DNA of 64,000 nucleotides from NCBI GenBank assembly GCA_017381365.1, contig JAFOCI010000041.1:9963-73962 (forward strand), read 5' to 3'. The position numbers and the translations under genes are program-made. Source of the DNA: Treponema sp. Lineage in GTDB: Bacteria; Spirochaetota; Spirochaetia; Treponematales; Treponemataceae. This document shows, piece after piece, positions 8,959 through 18,920 of the stretch; position 1 is the first letter of the stretch, and each line of letters begins with the position of its first letter. The notes beneath the pieces were generated by a model that was not told the origin of the DNA, searched no databases, and saw nothing but the letters and a program-made list of their open reading frames with translations.

Positions 8959-9748
8959 GCTCCTTTATAGCATCGTCATAGGAAATAAAACTGTATCCAT
9001 TATCTTCACAAAACTTTATAGTTTGTTCATACCAGATTTTTAATTCTGGATATTTTTTTTCATCAAACTGATAATCATGAAATAAAATCGTACAATATGG
9101 ACATCCGTTTGATTCTGCAAGCTTTATAGCTTTAAATGTATTCTCTAGTCCCTGCTTCAATTTTCCAGGAAAACATATATAACCATCCATAATATGAAGG
9201 GGAAATTCCCACATATTACCAACCTTGTATGGTTTTTTAACTTCCAATTTTTTTTTATTAAAATCTGTCGAATCGTATTTATAACCACAGTCATTCATTT
9301 TTTCAAAAGTTTTTTCATCAAAACGAACATAATGATTTCTAAGACCAAAAGAATCATTACCAGAAATCTATTTGAAACTGTCATATTCCTTTTGCATATT
9401 AACTTGATTCTGATAATCACATCCGTGTACACCTGTTACAAAACCATTATCCATAACCATCTTTATAACAGGCTTAGCTTTCTTTTCGGAATATGACATA
9501 CCAAGCACATTATCCATGCCAAAGAAAAATACAGAAGGAATTCCGTGAAGCTTATCAAATTCCATTACCTCTGGAATTCTATGCATTCTGTTTCCATAAA
9601 TTATACGATGTATGAATGTTGATACATTTATTTTTCTCTGTAATAAGTGAACAAAACTTCGAACCCATAATTTTTCAATTATTAGGTCTTTTAGTATATG
9701 GTCAGAGAAAAACAAATGATCAACATCATGACTGATTATTATTTTCAT
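8936..9748 (-). pseudogene. Polysaccharide-deacetylase-like gene interrupted by one in-frame TAG
   Basis: Track ORFs 9368-9748 and 8936-9298 are in the same frame. The 69 nt between them read ISGNDSFGLRNHYVRFDEKTFEK, which aligns with the paralog 14343-15644 (LKSRHHFLRW). The only interruption is TAG at 9368-9370. Confidence 0.7.
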
Positions 9749-9750
9749 AA

Positions 9751-10848
9751 TTACCCTTTAATGCGTAATTTATTTACTGATTTTGTAATCAGGTCAATTT
9801 TATAATCAGTATGCTGTTTAGGAGGTTGCTTTAAAATCTCTTCAAACTCTTTTTCCGAAATTCCAAGTTTAGGCAAAAGTCCTGCAATTTCTTCTTTCAT
9901 TTCATCCTCATTATAAGGAGGATTTTGAAGTTCTTTCAAAGCTTCGTCACGTGTCATTTGACCAGAAACAATCATACTAGAAAGATGCGAACGTCTCTTG
10001 TCTACACCATAACGATTATAAAACCACCACATCTGGATAAATTTTGTAAGAGTATTCTCTAAGTGTTTGCTTCCATAGTATTCAAAACCACAAAAATCAT
10101 TTAATTCTTTTAATGCTCGTTCTCTATTATAATCAATATAATTAAGAGGCCTTAAAGACTGAATATGCAAAACTTTCATGTCCCAGAATTTTCTATAATT
10201 AGAAAGCAATGGAAGTTTATTTATAGGTTTTGTTCCAAAACGTTTATGAATATCTTTAATATTAACAACATCATATGCTGTATAAGAGTTACCATGCTGC
10301 AATACACACTCAAGAGCAAAATTTCCACCGCTTAAAAAATAATTAATTTTATATTTTCGAGCATATTTATAAAGACAGGCAAATAAAACATTATCTTGAG
10401 GTATTGCTAAATCTGGTACATTTGCACGTATGTATGCAGCAGTCAAATCATTAAATTGCTCTGCATCTGGAGTTTCAATTTTTAATTCTATATGAGTTGC
10501 TTCTGCAAGTTTTTTGATATTTGATTTGGATATTTCGGTATCATATCCATCATCAATATGTACAGCTAAAATACGCAATCCCCATTTATAACCAAGATAA
10601 GCAAGATAAGAAGAATCTAACCCACCACTTATTCCCATAAGACAGTCATAAGGCTTACCTTTACCATCGTCTTTGATTTTTTTTAAGATAGACTCCCACT
10701 TTTGTTTTCCTTTTTCATTTGGAAAGTACACATTGTCTTTTCGATTTAATTCTGTTGTACAATAATTGCAATAACCGTTTTCATTGAATTTAATTGTCGG
10801 ATCAGATGAATTATCCATTACGCAACGTTTACAGATTTGATAGCTCAT
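9751..10848 (-). CDS. N-acetyl sugar amidotransferase (WbpG/WbuX type, PP-loop)
   Basis: The N-terminus has a cysteine cluster (CKRC...CNYC) and a PP-loop ISGGLDSS. Start moved from TTG to the ATG at 10848, with GGGGGA upstream. Confidence 0.8.
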   Translation of the reverse strand: MSYQICKRCVMDNSSDPTIKFNENGYCNYCTTELNRKDNVYFPNEKGKQKWESILKKIKDDGKGKPYDCLMGISGGLDSSYLAYLGYKWGLRILAVHIDDGYDTEISKSNIKKLAEATHIELKIETPDAEQFNDLTAAYIRANVPDLAIPQDNVLFACLYKYARKYKINYFLSGGNFALECVLQHGNSYTAYDVVNIKDIHKRFGTKPINKLPLLSNYRKFWDMKVLHIQSLRPLNYIDYNRERALKELNDFCGFEYYGSKHLENTLTKFIQMWWFYNRYGVDKRRSHLSSMIVSGQMTRDEALKELQNPPYNEDEMKEEIAGLLPKLGISEKEFEEILKQPPKQHTDYKIDLITKSVNKLRIKG

Positions 10849-10868
10849 TATTTCCCCCAAAACATTAG

Positions 10869-11999
10869 TTATATTAACTTAATTTTATTTAAAATGCTTT
10901 GTATTTGATTTCCAATTGTTTCCTGCGAATACAGTTTTATAGCATTTTCGGAAATCATTTTTTTATCATATTTTGTATATTTAACCATCATTTTTCTCAT
11001 AGCATTAGCGGTTTCATCTACATCATCAACATTAACTAAAATTCCATTTTCTGATGTAACAATATCTTCAGGCCCACCACATCTAGTTGCAATTACAGGA
11101 GTTCCTGTTGCCATAGCTTCAATGTAAACGATACCAAAAGTTTCATAACGACTTGTAAGAATAAAAACCTTGCTTTGCTGAATTAATGGTGATATTTCTT
11201 TTCTAGGCAATAACCCTTTAAAATCAACTTGATTGTGGATTCCTAATCTTTTAGCTAACAGTTCCAGATTTTCCCGTTCTGCACCATCTCCAACTATTAT
11301 TAGTCTTGATTTAGGTTCATTAAGTTTTGCAAATGCTTTTAAAACTATGTCAAATCCCTTCCCATATATAGCACTTCCCACTGCTATATATGGGAAAATT
11401 CCATCAGCCGAATTTGTTTTTTCTTTATATGAAAACTCATCAAGTGAAACTATATTAGGAACAACTATTGAATCAATTCCAAATCTTTCTTTTATATTTC
11501 TTTGTAAAGCAGTACCAACAGCAATCACCCGATTTGCTTTACTATATCCATATATAAAGTATTTTGTTCTGGATTCATCAAAATCATGTATTAATTCACT
11601 GGAATGTTCTGTAATTACAAGAGGTATATTATATTTCTCTTTAAGCTTTGCACCAAAATACCCTTGTAAGAAACAAAAGTGAGCATGAAGTATATCTGGT
11701 TTACCTTCATTTCTTAAGATTTTTTTATAAATTTTTTTAGCAAAAAACACACTTAAAAATGCAATAATAAAATTTGGAACATTACCTACTGGAAAGGCAT
11801 AGTTGTAAACTTTGACACCATTCTGTTCAAATACTTGTAAACCATATTTTCGCTTTCGTAAAATGGAACGTAAATCAAGAGAAAGCATTACTACCTTGTT
11901 TCCAATAGACGCTAAAGCTTTAGCCTGGTCAAATTCAAAACAACCAAGCATTGGGTATTCAGGGAATGGAAACCCGTTTGTTAGTTCAAGGATAAACAT
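10869..11999 (-). CDS. GT4 glycosyltransferase
   Basis: 376 aa, ETFGIVYIEAMATGTPVIATRCGG. Confidence 0.8.
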   Translation of the reverse strand: MFILELTNGFPFPEYPMLGCFEFDQAKALASIGNKVVMLSLDLRSILRKRKYGLQVFEQNGVKVYNYAFPVGNVPNFIIAFLSVFFAKKIYKKILRNEGKPDILHAHFCFLQGYFGAKLKEKYNIPLVITEHSSELIHDFDESRTKYFIYGYSKANRVIAVGTALQRNIKERFGIDSIVVPNIVSLDEFSYKEKTNSADGIFPYIAVGSAIYGKGFDIVLKAFAKLNEPKSRLIIVGDGAERENLELLAKRLGIHNQVDFKGLLPRKEISPLIQQSKVFILTSRYETFGIVYIEAMATGTPVIATRCGGPEDIVTSENGILVNVDDVDETANAMRKMMVKYTKYDKKMISENAIKLYSQETIGNQIQSILNKIKLI

Positions 12000-12000
12000 T

Positions 12001-13068
12001 CTAACTCTCCGTTAAATCTCTTATTACTTGTTGAATTCTATGAATCCATAGATTTCGATATAGTAAAGATTCTTTTATATTATTTTGATAAGTTTTATAC
12101 AAAGAAGAATCCTCTGATAACTTTTTAATAGCAATAGCAAATTTTTTAATATCCGGTTCAACAGCAATACCAATTTTTTCATTATTTACAACATTAGTAA
12201 TTGCTTTATTATTTATCACAACCTGTGGTAATCCGTAACTCAAATATTCAAAAATTTTGACAGAAATTGCAAATTGGCTATATTCATATTTAGGGTTTCC
12301 AACATTAAAAGCAATTGAAGCTCTCCTGTATAAATCTACAAGTCCTGCACCACTGATATGATGCACTTCCAACCAACTAGCATTTTTACAAGAATGATTA
12401 AACTCATTCCATTCATTTTCTCGACAGACAAGAATCAATTTATACTCAGGATCACATGCGTTTAATTCATTGAATACATCAAGCAAAAATTTACCATCAT
12501 AATGCCCTGAAATTCCACCAACATAAATACCAGTCTGATTATTATCTCTTATGTGTAAATCTAGTTTGTTTTCACCTGCAGGTGGTAAAGCCCGTATATC
12601 ATGATATTTAAGCAAAGTTTTACATTCATCAGACGGAACATATATAATATTACAATATTTTAAAACTTTATTAGTTAATGATTGTAAGAACAATAAAACT
12701 TTATCTTTTATCTTTCCAGAAATTGAAGTTCTACGTGGAAATTCTTTTGGAAATTGCCAATAAAAATCTCTATAAAAATACCCTGTCGGAATACCAGCTT
12801 TACAAATATCTTTTATGAGTTTTCTGTCTGCATGGCGCATTATTGGATATGTCGGAGATTCTATATAACATAAATCAGGTCGTTTTCTTTTTATTTGTTT
12901 TCTTATTTTCTTTATATTAGATAACCGTTCTTTTGATACCTGTTCTCCTTGTAATACAATTACTTCATGACCTTCCTGTTTGAATGCATTTAACATTTTT
13001 GCAGGTCGGACTCCTGAACCAGAGAATATTTCGTCACTATTCACATAAGTTATATATAAAACTATCAT
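12001..13068 (-). CDS. Glycosyltransferase (GT-B fold, GT4-like)
   Basis: 355 aa. C-terminal FEYLSYGLPQVV motif, within the operon. Confidence 0.6.
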   Translation of the reverse strand: MIVLYITYVNSDEIFSGSGVRPAKMLNAFKQEGHEVIVLQGEQVSKERLSNIKKIRKQIKRKRPDLCYIESPTYPIMRHADRKLIKDICKAGIPTGYFYRDFYWQFPKEFPRRTSISGKIKDKVLLFLQSLTNKVLKYCNIIYVPSDECKTLLKYHDIRALPPAGENKLDLHIRDNNQTGIYVGGISGHYDGKFLLDVFNELNACDPEYKLILVCRENEWNEFNHSCKNASWLEVHHISGAGLVDLYRRASIAFNVGNPKYEYSQFAISVKIFEYLSYGLPQVVINNKAITNVVNNEKIGIAVEPDIKKFAIAIKKLSEDSSLYKTYQNNIKESLLYRNLWIHRIQQVIRDLTES

Positions 13069-13079
13069 AATTGTTTTTA

Positions 13080-14321
13080 TTAAACCAGTTCCCTTTGGAT
13101 TTTATTTATTTCATTTCTCTGGCGAGTATACCTAAAAAGAAAACCAACAAATAAACCAAAGGCGGGTGAAATTAAATATGAACTTGAAACAGATAACTGC
13201 CCTAGGAAAAACGAAAAAGAAATAATGAAGAAAGCTTTATTAGCCCAATCCATATCTTTTTTTAATATTTTTATTACTCGACATGTATTATAAAAAAAAT
13301 ATATTATAAAAGGAATAGCGAAAATACCAAATTGTAATAATATTTCTAGAATAAAATTATGTGCGTAAGAACCGTAAGGGAAACCTTTATTATGGTTTTG
13401 ATTTAGTAATAATCGATCAGAATAAAACCCAGAAAATCTTATCGGATTATCTAAAAAATAATTCCATGCTTTTGCATATATTTCATCACGCCCAGAAGAA
13501 TGAGAAACAAACTCTCCAGAAATAATTAAATTTACTGTTCTTGAATTATTAAAATGTGATTGTAGATAATTAGTAATTAATGGTGAAAAACAAAGAACAA
13601 TAAACAGTATTAAAGTAAAACTAAATATCCATTTTATAAATCTTGTTTTATTACTATAAAAAAACATACATAACAAAAAACAAATTAAATGGCACAGAAT
13701 ACTACCTCTACTTCCACAAATAAGATTAATTATTTCAAGAAATAAAAAAATAACCAAATAGAAATGTTTTGACTCATATATAGCAAAAATCAAACAAATC
13801 AACATTGGAATAAGTAAAGTATAAGAGAAAGTCATATCATATTGTTTTGTAACACTATATTTCAATAATTCAGACAATGCATAAAACACAGCTATAAAAC
13901 AATAAGGACGTAAATATTCTATAAATACATTAATATCTTTAATTCCATACAATAATAAAACGATGAGAATAAAATTTAATGAAAGAACTTGGAATAAATC
14001 TTTAATTGTTTCATTATCAATATTATTAACAGACACCGAATATTGAAAAAGCATATAACAAATAATTATTGTAATACATAGTTTTGCAGATTTTAAATAT
14101 TTTTTATAATTCTTGATAAAATACAATAAGAAACAAATAAAAACAATAAAATAGAGTCTGCCACTGATTATCTCTTTTATTGTTTCATCAATATTAAAAA
14201 AGATGAAGCAATTTGTGAGAATCCCTTTTATTACATTCCAATTCAGATATAAACATACAAAAGGAATGTATGATTTATCCAAAAAAATATCTAAATAAGT
14301 TTCTGTTTTGTTCATATTCAT
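13080..14321 (-). CDS. wzy: O-antigen polymerase/ligase-family membrane protein (Wzy-like)
   Basis: 413 aa, polytopic and highly hydrophobic. AHNFILEILLQFG resembles a Wzy_C motif. Confidence 0.65.
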   Translation of the reverse strand: MNMNKTETYLDIFLDKSYIPFVCLYLNWNVIKGILTNCFIFFNIDETIKEIISGRLYFIVFICFLLYFIKNYKKYLKSAKLCITIIICYMLFQYSVSVNNIDNETIKDLFQVLSLNFILIVLLLYGIKDINVFIEYLRPYCFIAVFYALSELLKYSVTKQYDMTFSYTLLIPMLICLIFAIYESKHFYLVIFLFLEIINLICGSRGSILCHLICFLLCMFFYSNKTRFIKWIFSFTLILFIVLCFSPLITNYLQSHFNNSRTVNLIISGEFVSHSSGRDEIYAKAWNYFLDNPIRFSGFYSDRLLLNQNHNKGFPYGSYAHNFILEILLQFGIFAIPFIIYFFYNTCRVIKILKKDMDWANKAFFIISFSFFLGQLSVSSSYLISPAFGLFVGFLFRYTRQRNEINKIQRELV

Positions 14322-14342
14322 TAAAAATTTAAAATTCTTATA

Positions 14343-15644
14343 TTATGTTTTTTTCATGCAATAATCTAATAATTGTTCATAAAGCGGACCATAATAATGA
14401 TTAGATGACCATATTGGATTATGAAATAGTAAAACTAATTCACCATTATTGTTATAAGTTACATCTATCAAAAACATGCAAAGTTCTAACGATTTTTCAA
14501 ATGGGAGTCCCATGTAGTATTGTCGATCAAGACTACATTCCATTATCTGCATTGGATGAACTAAGACATCCGTTACTCTTTTTGTTTGGGGATTAATGAA
14601 ATAATATGGTCTACAAGTTCCCACTCTAAAGCCAACAGAATCTGGGTAACCAATAGTAAAATCCTCTTTTATGCCAGCTTCTTCCATAGCATCAATCATT
14701 CTTGGTTCTTGCCAACGTAAAAAATGATGTCGGCTTTTCAAATTTGCTTTATTTATACAGTCCGGTAATCGGGCTATCTCCTTTTTCAATAAAGAAGTAT
14801 TGGTTCCGCCTTCGTAACTAACATGAAGCCCTAATGTTGCCTCGCTATCTGTAAGTTGCTTTACCATTTTTTTGTACTTGGGAAGTTTAATATTACAATA
14901 TGTTTTATTTTGATTTGTAGGTGCAGTGATTAAAAAATAAATTGATTCAACAAAATCGTTTCCTACCTTTTCACGCAATTTATTATCATATTTAATAATC
15001 TTAGGGAATGTATAATACGGGTCATTTTTAGCAGTTAAATACATTCTCAATGGATTTGGAACTTTTGTTCCATAATGAATAATATTCTTGACCCATTGTT
15101 TTATAACCTGATCTTTTCGCCAAAAGAAAAAAGGAGTATCTACATCATGTGTTAGATAAATTTTCTTAAACCCTTTTTTTTCTTCAGGAACATCAACACC
15201 ACATTCACGGAGTAAACTTTTTAAATATCTCCCCCATTCATCTACCAGTGGACGCATTCCATAGCCTTGCTGAAATACGATTGAATCTTTTGCTAAAAAA
15301 CGACCATGCTGATCACGACATTCTGGTTTTATGATTTCTTCATAACGACTAAGGAGGAAATAAGCACTGGCAACAAGGTCTGCATATAATATAATTTTAC
15401 CATCGGTTGTTTTTTCTAAACGTGGTTCACCAAATAAAAACGGGATATCGGTATTTGGTAATAATGGGAATGGTATTTTTGGCAAAGTTCTTGGAGTGCC
15501 ATAAACACCATCTTCAAAAAAATCTGATGATACTATTACTATACTACAATTGTCTGGTACAGTTTTTAGAGAACCATACCAGACAGATTGGCATATAACT
15601 TCATCACTTATTAATAATTTTATAATATATTCTTGTGCTCTCAT
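14343..15644 (-). CDS. Polysaccharide deacetylase-family protein (long form with extra N-terminal domain)
   Basis: 433 aa, with LTHDVDTPF and SRHHFLRW motifs. Paralogous to the disrupted gene at 8936-9748. Confidence 0.6.
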   Translation of the reverse strand: MRAQEYIIKLLISDEVICQSVWYGSLKTVPDNCSIVIVSSDFFEDGVYGTPRTLPKIPFPLLPNTDIPFLFGEPRLEKTTDGKIILYADLVASAYFLLSRYEEIIKPECRDQHGRFLAKDSIVFQQGYGMRPLVDEWGRYLKSLLRECGVDVPEEKKGFKKIYLTHDVDTPFFFWRKDQVIKQWVKNIIHYGTKVPNPLRMYLTAKNDPYYTFPKIIKYDNKLREKVGNDFVESIYFLITAPTNQNKTYCNIKLPKYKKMVKQLTDSEATLGLHVSYEGGTNTSLLKKEIARLPDCINKANLKSRHHFLRWQEPRMIDAMEEAGIKEDFTIGYPDSVGFRVGTCRPYYFINPQTKRVTDVLVHPMQIMECSLDRQYYMGLPFEKSLELCMFLIDVTYNNNGELVLLFHNPIWSSNHYYGPLYEQLLDYCMKKT

Positions 15645-15645
15645 A

Positions 15646-16620
15646 TTATTTTTTTAGTAAATTTTTAATGTCCCTAAATAATGGTCTGATTTTGCTATTC
15701 TCTTTGTAAACTGAATAATATTCTGTCTGATTGGCTCCATAATAACGAAAAGATTCTTCTACACCTTTTATCATACTACCTTCAAAATCAAAAATATCTA
15801 CAAACTGAGAAACATATTTTATTGTCTCATCTACCAAAAATTCTGTTCCTCCTGAAGTCTTATAATCAGATTTTCTCATTGCCACCAGATAATATGCTGC
15901 TTCATTATCCCAAACGGTAAGATTTACTGCATGAATATTACCAGTTTCATCTTCACAGTAAAAAATACGCCCCTGGTCATGTTCATAAACTGCTTTACAT
16001 AAATTCACAAACAATTCACGTGAATAACTAACTTTTTCTCCTCTTTCCTTTATTGTTTCTTCAAAATAATCATAGAACTTATTAAAATCCAAATCATATT
16101 TTAAACACAGATTTTTAGCTTTTTGGATTTTTTGCTTTTTGGATTTTGCGTATCCATTAAACACAACAGCATGTTCTTTAATATTTAAGATTCTATATGA
16201 ATATCTTGTTGTCTGTCTAAAGCCAGCCCAATAGAATGGTAACCAGTTTTTATATTTCTGATCAAAATTAATTGAAAAAATATTAAACTTTGGGAGTTGT
16301 TCAATAATCTTAGTGTAAACTTCATGCTCATAACCGATGCGTTTCATTTCAGAAATTTTATTAGGGTCATATACAATATAAGGTCCTAATTTTTGGGTAA
16401 GCGTAGGTAAAGAAATTCCTTTTGCTCCAAATCGTCCTCTACTGTTTGCATAAGGAAAACTAGCAATAATATTTAAATTCTTATCCTCTACCAGAATTAC
16501 ATCCCAATTCTTTTCTCCTGCAGTTGCATCTAACCACCAAGGAGAACTATAAATGCAAATATCAGGATGTTGATTATAAAAATCAATGTATTTTTCTTTA
16601 TTCGTCATTATTCTTCTCAC
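15646..16620 (-). CDS. FemAB/CelD-like GNAT-fold acyltransferase (second paralog)
   Basis: 324 aa, with SSPWWLDA and FDFEGSMIKGVEESFRYYG. The track start is GTG; an ATG at 16608 is an alternative. Confidence 0.6.
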   Translation of the reverse strand: MRRIMTNKEKYIDFYNQHPDICIYSSPWWLDATAGEKNWDVILVEDKNLNIIASFPYANSRGRFGAKGISLPTLTQKLGPYIVYDPNKISEMKRIGYEHEVYTKIIEQLPKFNIFSINFDQKYKNWLPFYWAGFRQTTRYSYRILNIKEHAVVFNGYAKSKKQKIQKAKNLCLKYDLDFNKFYDYFEETIKERGEKVSYSRELFVNLCKAVYEHDQGRIFYCEDETGNIHAVNLTVWDNEAAYYLVAMRKSDYKTSGGTEFLVDETIKYVSQFVDIFDFEGSMIKGVEESFRYYGANQTEYYSVYKENSKIRPLFRDIKNLLKK

Positions 16621-17791
16621 TATTATACCACAAAGGCATATTTATTATATGCTTTGATAAATATTCAGAATTATTAAAACTCGTCATAAGGCAAAGATCA
16701 ATTGAATTATTTTTCCCTATTTGATGCAGGCATACAGGCCAATTAAAATGACCTGCTTGAATTCCCTTAGACTTAATAAAAGCTAAAGTCTGTTCATCAT
16801 TAGCTATAAAAGAATACCTATTCCATTTTATATGGCTACTATCATTTTCAAAAAAGGTCAAACCTTTTAAGTCATCTAAATAAGCAGGTTTGTCAAAACT
16901 CAAGTCATTAACTTCTGCTATATTCCTTTGTTTTTCAATAAAAGATATCTTTACAGGGTTTAATCTTTGTAATGTCAATTTCTTAGATTTGTGTACTCTA
17001 TTAATACATTTATAAATAAACAAAAACAATTTTCTATAGAAAGAATTCTTTCCAAGTAAAAAACAATAAAAATATCTTAGAAAAGATTTTGTAAAAAATA
17101 TAGAATAATCAATATCTTCATAATAGTTTTCGGGTGTTGTATAAGATAAAAGCCAATAAATTGTTTTAATATCTGATAGAGCTTTTCTCTTTTTTTCTAC
17201 ACTAATTTTCAAAAATTCGTTATTCAAGAAAGTCTTAAACTCTGGCTTAGTATTATTTATAACAAACGCACCTCCAGTTAGACTTGTGTATGGTTTATCC
17301 CATGCATATGATTCTATATATATATTTGAAAGAGAACCTATTTTTTTTCCATTTATCTTACTTTGAACCCCATGTGAACAATCCTCGATAAGGAAGATAT
17401 TATTTTCTTTACAAAAAATAGCAATTTTCTCATAAGACTTATTTGGGATTCCCTGATAATGTGTTATAATTAAAACATCTAATTCATGTTCTGGTTTTAT
17501 TGATTCAAAGTCAATGGAGCAATCATCTATTGATACATCATATAAGCAAGCTATATTGCCGCTATTTAATATAGCTTCTAAAACTGATACACATGTAAAC
17601 GATTGTACACCAACTCTTAGTTTTTTATTTAAATAGTTTTTATAGCAATCTAATATAAATTGTAATGAGTAAGAGCCTCTTGTAAAATAATATCTATTTT
17701 TATAAAACGAATTTTTAAAAATAGAATTATCTAACAATTCTTTTTTACTATATTTCCGTTCTATATATTGAGGTCTTGCACGACAAATCAT
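16598..17791 (-). CDS. Divergent DegT-like PLP aminotransferase
   Basis: 397 aa, with IFLIEDCSHG and SYAWDKPYTSLTGGAFVI (lysine context). Confidence 0.55.
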   Translation of the reverse strand: MICRARPQYIERKYSKKELLDNSIFKNSFYKNRYYFTRGSYSLQFILDCYKNYLNKKLRVGVQSFTCVSVLEAILNSGNIACLYDVSIDDCSIDFESIKPEHELDVLIITHYQGIPNKSYEKIAIFCKENNIFLIEDCSHGVQSKINGKKIGSLSNIYIESYAWDKPYTSLTGGAFVINNTKPEFKTFLNNEFLKISVEKKRKALSDIKTIYWLLSYTTPENYYEDIDYSIFFTKSFLRYFYCFLLGKNSFYRKLFLFIYKCINRVHKSKKLTLQRLNPVKISFIEKQRNIAEVNDLSFDKPAYLDDLKGLTFFENDSSHIKWNRYSFIANDEQTLAFIKSKGIQAGHFNWPVCLHQIGKNNSIDLCLMTSFNNSEYLSKHIINMPLWYNSEKNNDE

Positions 17792-18318
17792 AGTTCAATT
17801 TTCCTTACAATTTTTGCAGGGTTACCGTATGCTAATGAATAATCAGGAATATCTTTTGTAACATTACTCATCGAACCAATAATACAACATTTTCCTATTT
17901 TTACTCCTGGCTGAATAACACAATTTGCACCAATCCATGTATCATCCCCAATTTCAATAGTTCCTGTTTTTATATATCGTTTAGTTTTTTCAGAAGTTCT
18001 AATAATACTATCATTCGGAGCAGAGCATGTTATAAATGTTATCCCAGGAGCTGTTGCAACCCCATTTCCAAGAATAACATTTACCTCCAAATCAGGAGTA
18101 TCAATTAAATTAATACTATTATTTATATAAGCTCTTTCTCCAATTTTATTTCCTAGTTTTATCCATATTTTTTTTCTAATATCCTGATATGGAGTAACTT
18201 TTAGTATATTTTTTAAGTGCATACTATTTAAAGAAAAAGTAACAAAGAAAAGATGTTTTATATAGATGCATTTTTCTATAACACAGTTTATTATTCGACC
18301 TAGAAGAGTTATGCGCAT
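17788..18318 (-). CDS. Hexapeptide-repeat (LbH) O/N-acetyltransferase
   Basis: 176 aa, with GDDTWIGANCVIQPGVKIGKCCIIGSMSNVTKDIPDYSLAYGNPAKI. Confidence 0.8.
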   Translation of the reverse strand: MRITLLGRIINCVIEKCIYIKHLFFVTFSLNSMHLKNILKVTPYQDIRKKIWIKLGNKIGERAYINNSINLIDTPDLEVNVILGNGVATAPGITFITCSAPNDSIIRTSEKTKRYIKTGTIEIGDDTWIGANCVIQPGVKIGKCCIIGSMSNVTKDIPDYSLAYGNPAKIVRKIEL

Positions 18319-18920
18319 TTCAATTCTCCTAAGTCAAGAAGTTCTAATATACTACCCCCCCCCTTTTCACTATTGTATAGTTTTATTGCCTTTATTCCAA
18401 ATATAACTATCACTTTACATATTCCTTTAATTTTAAAGCCCACTTTTTCAATTCCCTTCTGAGATGCAATATTTTTCGAGTTAGCAACAATAAAAATCTC
18501 TTTGTCTGCATAATCTCTAACTATAGTAGAAAGCACTTGAGGATAAATCCCCTTACCACGCGTATTTTCTGCAGTTTCACACCAACCAATATAAACTTGA
18601 TTTTCTTTTAATGGTAAACTTTTATAAGAATTTATTGCCATCTGATTTGTAAAAACCCAAGATCGATGACAACAAATTCCATTTATATATGCATAATAGC
18701 CACGAACCCCATTTGTAAGATGTTTTTTAAATGCCTCTATATAATTATCACTTTGAAAGGATTTCGCATCATTTACATTATCATAACTAACAATTCTTAC
18801 ATCCGCAACCTTATTCAGATAATTTGAAATTCCTGTATACTCGTATAAATAATCAGTAGATACAAAGAATAGATGTTTCCAAAATTTATAAATAAGCGTT
18901 TTAATCTTTTTAATTTTCAT
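18309..18920 (-). CDS. GNAT-family N-acetyltransferase
   Basis: 203 aa, motif A-like RGKGIYPQVL. The 3' end carries a G9 tract. Confidence 0.65.
   Translation of the reverse strand: MKIKKIKTLIYKFWKHLFFVSTDYLYEYTGISNYLNKVADVRIVSYDNVNDAKSFQSDNYIEAFKKHLTNGVRGYYAYINGICCHRSWVFTNQMAINSYKSLPLKENQVYIGWCETAENTRGKGIYPQVLSTIVRDYADKEIFIVANSKNIASQKGIEKVGFKIKGICKVIVIFGIKAIKLYNSEKGGGSILELLDLGELKCA
18355..18363. repeat. Poly-G/C homopolymer (9 nt)
   Basis: C9 on the plus strand, equal to G9 in the GNAT coding strand. It lies 36 nt upstream of the next gene's ATG (18318). Confidence 0.95.

Noticed and set aside
9368-9370. In-frame TAG as evidence for stop-codon reassignment or pyrrolysine-type recoding
   Set aside because: TAG clearly terminates other well-defined genes in this window (stops at 64-66 and 927-929). 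There is only one such internal TAG, so a nonsense mutation or error is more parsimonious.
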